From assembly GCA_963840645.1 (NCBI GenBank), contig CAWIZL010000004.1, positions 16,574 to 80,573 on the forward strand: a stretch of DNA of 64,000 nt, read 5' to 3'. The notes beneath the pieces were generated by a model that did not search any database, had not been told where the DNA came from, and was given only the letters and a program-made list of their open reading frames with translations. How positions within the stretch are numbered: position 1 is the first letter of the stretch; each line of letters starts with the position of its first letter. The translations under genes and the position numbers were made by a program. This stretch comes from Candidatus Doudnabacteria bacterium. GTDB lineage: Bacteria; Patescibacteriota; Doudnabacteria; UBA920; VMFF01. Positions 60,623 through 64,000 of this stretch are shown here, in pieces.

Positions 60623-60664
60623 CCCGGTAAAATAAGAACCTATCCCGGTAGAATAAGAACCTAT
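60623..60664 (+). repeat. 21-bp tandem direct repeat (x2, one mismatch) abutting the hemE start codon
   Basis: CCCGGTAAAATAAGAACCTAT (60623..60643) and CCCGGTAGAATAAGAACCTAT (60644..60664), followed directly by ATG 60665. An A+T-rich island in G+C-rich DNA. Confidence 0.85.
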
Positions 60665-61757
60665 ATGGACACGATGAATTTGGGATCGAATCTGGCGGCT
60701 CCGATCCTCGACGGCAGCCGCTTTGTGCGCGCCTGCCTGCGCAAGCCGGTGGATCGCACGCCGGTTTGGTTTTTGCGGCAGGCCGGCCGCTACATGCAGG
60801 AATACCGCGACGTGCGCAAGCACCACACGCTGGTGGAGATTTGCAAAGACCGCCAGAGCTGGCCGCCGAGGTGACGATTACCGCCGCCGAGAAACTGGGC
60901 GTGGACGCGGCGATTATCTTTGCCGATCTGCTGTTGCCTCTCGAGCCCATGGGACTGGATTTCGAGTTTCAGGCGGGCGAGGGGCCGGTGGTGCATCGTC
61001 CGCTGCGCACGGCGGAAGACGTGCGCGCCCTGCGGACAGATCGCGCGGACGATCTGGCCTATGTGGCGCGGGCGATTGAAAAAGTGGCCGCGCATTTTCG
61101 CGACCGGCTGGGCATCATCGGTTTTTGCGGCGCGCCCTACACGCTGGCCAGCTACATGATCGAGGGCGGCGGGTCGCGGAATTACATCGAGACAAAGAAG
61201 ATGATGTACCGCGATCCCCTTGCATGGCGCAGCCTTTTGGACAAGCTGGTCGCCGTGTTTGACCGAGTATTGCCAGCCTGCAGGTGCAGGCCGGCGCTGA
61301 CGTGATTCAGATATTCGATAGCTGGGTTGGCTCGCTGTCGCTCAGCGACTATCGCGAGTATGCTTTCGAGGCATCAAAGCGGCTGGTGCGCGCGGTGCAG
61401 GCGATGGGCGTGCCGGTGATTTACTTCGGCGTCGAGACCGCGGGACTGCTCGAAGCAGATGGCGCCGACCGGTGCCGACGTGATCGGCCTGGACTGGCGG
61501 CAGCCGCTCGACGAAGGCTGGCGCGCTGTGGGTCACGGGCACGCGGTGCAAGGAAACCTCGACCCGATTACGTTGTTTGCTCCGCTTGAAGTGCTGGAGC
61601 AGCGCGTGAAGGAGATTCTGCGCGCCGCCAACGGACGGCCGGGCCACATCTTCAATCTTGGCCACGGGATTGTGCCCGAAACGCCGGTAGAGAATGTGCA
61701 GGCCGTGGTGAGGATGGTGCGCGAGTTCCGCACTCGAGAGGGGCCGCGCGTGGCTAA
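60665..61757 (+). pseudogene. hemE: uroporphyrinogen decarboxylase, multiply frame-disrupted as sequenced
   Basis: [80 protein letters not shown]. At least 4 frame changes. 3' end inferred (TAA 61755..61757 in the +1 frame). Confidence 0.95.
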
Positions 61758-62723
61758 ACAGGCAGTGCTGCTACTGGCGCACGGCACTCCGGAGACGGTC
61801 GAGCAGATTCCCGAATATCTGCGCAACGTCGTGAGCGGGCGGCCGGTGCCGCAGGCAGTTGTCGAGGAGATTCAGCATCGCTATTCGCTGATCGGCCACA
61901 GCCCGCTGACCGAGATCACGTTTGCGCAGGCGCGGCTGGTCGAGGCAGAGCTGGCCGCCGCGGGCGACACGCGTTCCCGTATACGTAGGCATGAGAAACT
62001 GGCGGCCCTATATTCCTGAAGTAGTGCGGCAGATGCGCGCCGACGGCATTGAGGAGGCCGCGGTGATCTGCATGGCGCCGCAAAATTCGCGCACCAGCGT
62101 GGGGCTTTACCGGCGCGCGGTGGAGGCTGAGGCGGGCAGACTTGCGCATCGACTTTACTGATGGATGGGCACAGCATCCACTGTTGGCCGACGCGTTTGC
62201 TGAGCGGCTGGGACCAGCTTTGGCGAAGCTGAGCGCGGAAGTTGGCGAGCCGGTGCCGGTGTTGTTCACCGCGCATAGCGTTCCCACCCGAACGGTGGAA
62301 GCGCCCGCTGCTGACGCAGATGCCGGCAAACGTCTCTGGCCCGGGCAGGGCGCCGATCCCTACGCCGAAGAGGCGCGCCATACGGCTGAGCTGGTGGCCG
62401 CGCGCGTACAGGAAATTCCCCGCTGGTGGTTTGCTTTCCAGAGCCAGGGCGCAAGTGGTGGACCGTGGCTGGGGCCGAGCGTGGAAGAAACACTTGACCA
62501 GCTTGCGGCCGAAAGAGTGAAGGCTCTGATTTTGCAACCGATCGGGTTTCTCTGCGATCATGTGGAAATTCTGTTCGACGTGGACATCCTTTTCCGCGAG
62601 TACGCCATCAAATTAGGCATCCGGCTAGAGCGTCCGGAATCGCTCAATACTTCCGTAACGCTGGCGAGAGCAGTTGCGGATCTGGCGCACGATGGGTTAG
62701 GGCGGTTGGGCACGCTGCAGTGA
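61750..62723 (+). pseudogene. hemH: ferrochelatase (probably coproporphyrin ferrochelatase in a HemQ-type pathway), at least 2 frame changes as sequenced
   Basis: GTG 61750 VAKQAVLLLAHGTPE...YLRNV, SPLTEIT, VYVGMRNWRPYI, VLFTAHSVP, QSQGASGGPWLGP, PIGFLCDHVEILFD. Confidence 0.9.
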
Positions 62724-62925
62724 GTCCAATTAAATGACGGCGGGCCGGTGGTGAGTTAGTAGTTATTGTGGTTATTTGTATGTAAGTTACCCCAGTATCA
62801 CAGTTGGTCCCATCTGCGTTTTGCGCGGCCACTTTGGGGATAAGATCGAATTAAGTCGATCCGGGTGTAAGTCCCCGATGATCCCCCATCCACTAACCAG
62901 GAAATTCAGCTAGGAATCAAAAAGC

Positions 62926-62984
62926 CTTCGCTCGAATCTTGGCGGTGGGCAGCTTGTATTGCCAGCGAGTCGAAGCGTTTTTTT
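62926..62984 (+). terminator. strong intrinsic-terminator-like hairpin + T7 tract, 8 nt upstream of the RBS of the next ORF (terminator or attenuator)
   Basis: Imperfect 13-bp stem (CTTCG/CGAAG, CTCG/CGAG, TGGC/GCCA) with a 17-nt loop, then cgTTTTTTT (62978..62984). GAGGAG at 62985..62990, ATG at 62998. Confidence 0.65.
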
Positions 62985-62997
62985 GAGGAGTTGATGC

Positions 62998-63273
62998 ATG
63001 TCGGAAGTAATGGCGCGGCGAGCCCTGGCAGGGAGCTTTGTGAAGGCCGGCAACATCGTCGAGGTCAAGGCTATCGAGGCGAACCCCGCGGATGTGCGGG
63101 TGCACTGCGATGCATGCGGCAGTGATGAGGTCTATCGCATTTTCCGCAAGGGCTTTTTTGAGGAGAGGATTTATCCCCTGGGCGGTTTCTATCCCTGGCG
63201 GTGCAAGGGGTGCGGCCTGCGCCTGATGCTACGCAGGCGCGATCTGGCGAGCAAGCCGGATGGCACAGAATGA
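62998..63273 (+). CDS. small zinc-ribbon-like protein (two CxxC pairs), unknown function
   Basis: 91-aa ORF with a GAGGAG SD. CDAC...(37 aa)...CKGC. Confidence 0.55.
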   Translation: MSEVMARRALAGSFVKAGNIVEVKAIEANPADVRVHCDACGSDEVYRIFRKGFFEERIYPLGGFYPWRCKGCGLRLMLRRRDLASKPDGTE

Positions 63274-63398
63274 ATTCAAACTAGCAGGAGCTCAGGAGCG
63301 GAAGAGGTTTCGCGCCAAATTGCGCTGCGAGTCGCGGCGCACTCCAAACAACATCTGAAGCTCGAAGGCTAATCCGCCTTTCGCGGCGCGTTTCTCCG

Positions 63399-64000
63399 TC
63401 AACGCACCTGGAACAAGGCGCTGCCATGCGGCGGCAAGGTGACGCTCACGTCTTTGGATTCTTTGGTGGTCGAATCGTCCCAGGCATTCTCGACGGAATG
63501 TTTTTGGTTATCGAGGCCGAGGTCCTTCCAGGTGGTGCGCACCGTGGCCGGGCTCGACCCGAGATTGAAGAAGGCAAAGAATTCGGCGTAACCCCGCGCG
63601 CCCGGTTCGTTGATGGTGGCGCGCCAGACGCGAATATTTTCAAAGCCTGTGCCCAGGGTAGAGGCATCGACGGGCCGGCTATAGGTGGCGTCTTGATTCA
63701 CGAAGAGAACGGCCTGGTTGGTAATGAGCGAACGTGTGAAATCGTCGAGCCGAGTCAGGTTGCCGCCAAGGATGAGGGGCGAGCGGGTCACAGCCCAAAG
63801 AGTGAATTCGGTGCGCTGTTCGTCCTGCGTCTCGCGCGATTGCCGCGCTTCGCCTAATCCGGGGTGTGGGCCAAGCCAGCCTTCGGGGAGCATGTCGGGA
63901 TCGGGCCAGCTTCCCGGGCCCGTATAAGTGAACCACTTCGCAATGCGATCGAATTCGCCCTGCAATCCAAAAGGAAACTCGTCGTCCGGCTTGTTGGGAA
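63399..64000 (-). CDS. GH27-like alpha-galactosidase, C-terminal part (gene continues past the window end)
   Basis: Frame stays open to position 64000. GSWPDPDMLPEG..., EQRTEFTLWAVTRSPLILGGNL, VLFVNQD, then a C-terminal beta-sandwich. The track start (TTG 63965) is not the real start. Confidence 0.7.
   Translation of the reverse strand, partial: PNKPDDEFPFGLQGEFDRIAKWFTYTGPGSWPDPDMLPEGWLGPHPGLGEARQSRETQDEQRTEFTLWAVTRSPLILGGNLTRLDDFTRSLITNQAVLFVNQDATYSRPVDASTLGTGFENIRVWRATINEPGARGYAEFFAFFNLGSSPATVRTTWKDLGLDNQKHSVENAWDDSTTKESKDVSVTLPPHGSALFQVR

Overview
High-G+C chromosomal segment, most consistent with an Acidobacteriota (Terriglobia-like) genome. The basis for that guess is a TIGR03435-family paralog, a HemQ-type (coproporphyrin-dependent) heme pathway, hopanoid genes, and abundant 'GTCATCCTGAGCG...GAGTCGAAGGA' hairpin repeats. 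There are no rRNA genes, CRISPR arrays, transposases or integrases. One tRNA-Val(TAC) is present.

Gene content, left to right:
- Split REC-PAS / HisKA_2 kinase pair; RcnB-like, TAT-exported isomerase-like and OMP-like proteins; a cytochrome c.
- MsbA-like ABC exporter; leuA/cimA-like gene; fba; anmK-nagZ; mutS.
- Translationally coupled ccsA-like-hemA-hemC-hemD operon; nth preceded by vapBC; TIGR03435 protein; low-G+C TPR gene; hemQ; dedA; ino1; purU.
- TetR-HlyD-ABC-ABC2 (YbhGFSR-like) operon; DinB and dienelactone hydrolase.
- bshA-like GT4 + YdjC/HpnK-like deacetylase + tRNA-Val + HpnE-like oxidoreductase + EamA + HpnJ; a 721-aa GT-C/PD40 fusion.
- HlyD-TPR-TolC operon; queF; MFS transporter; ispG; CSS-EAL phosphodiesterase; O-methyltransferase; hemE-hemH; a zinc-ribbon ORF; a partial GH27 gene.

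Main observations:
1. As sequenced, most conserved housekeeping genes carry multiple single-base frame disruptions. These occur in blocks that alternate with perfectly intact blocks. I read this as unpolished indel error rather than biology, and it must be checked against reads.
2. At least four interspersed repeat families have structure-conserving (covarying) hairpins. One copy sits in frame inside hemD, and another supplies a stop codon.
3. There is a hopanoid side-chain-like locus with a BshA-type GT where HpnI would be expected.
4. There are several tandem-repeat, palindrome or terminator-type regulatory candidates directly in front of start codons.

The ORF track uses alternative start codons (GTG/TTG shown as M). 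Many of its long ORFs are antisense or out-of-frame shadows typical of high-G+C DNA.
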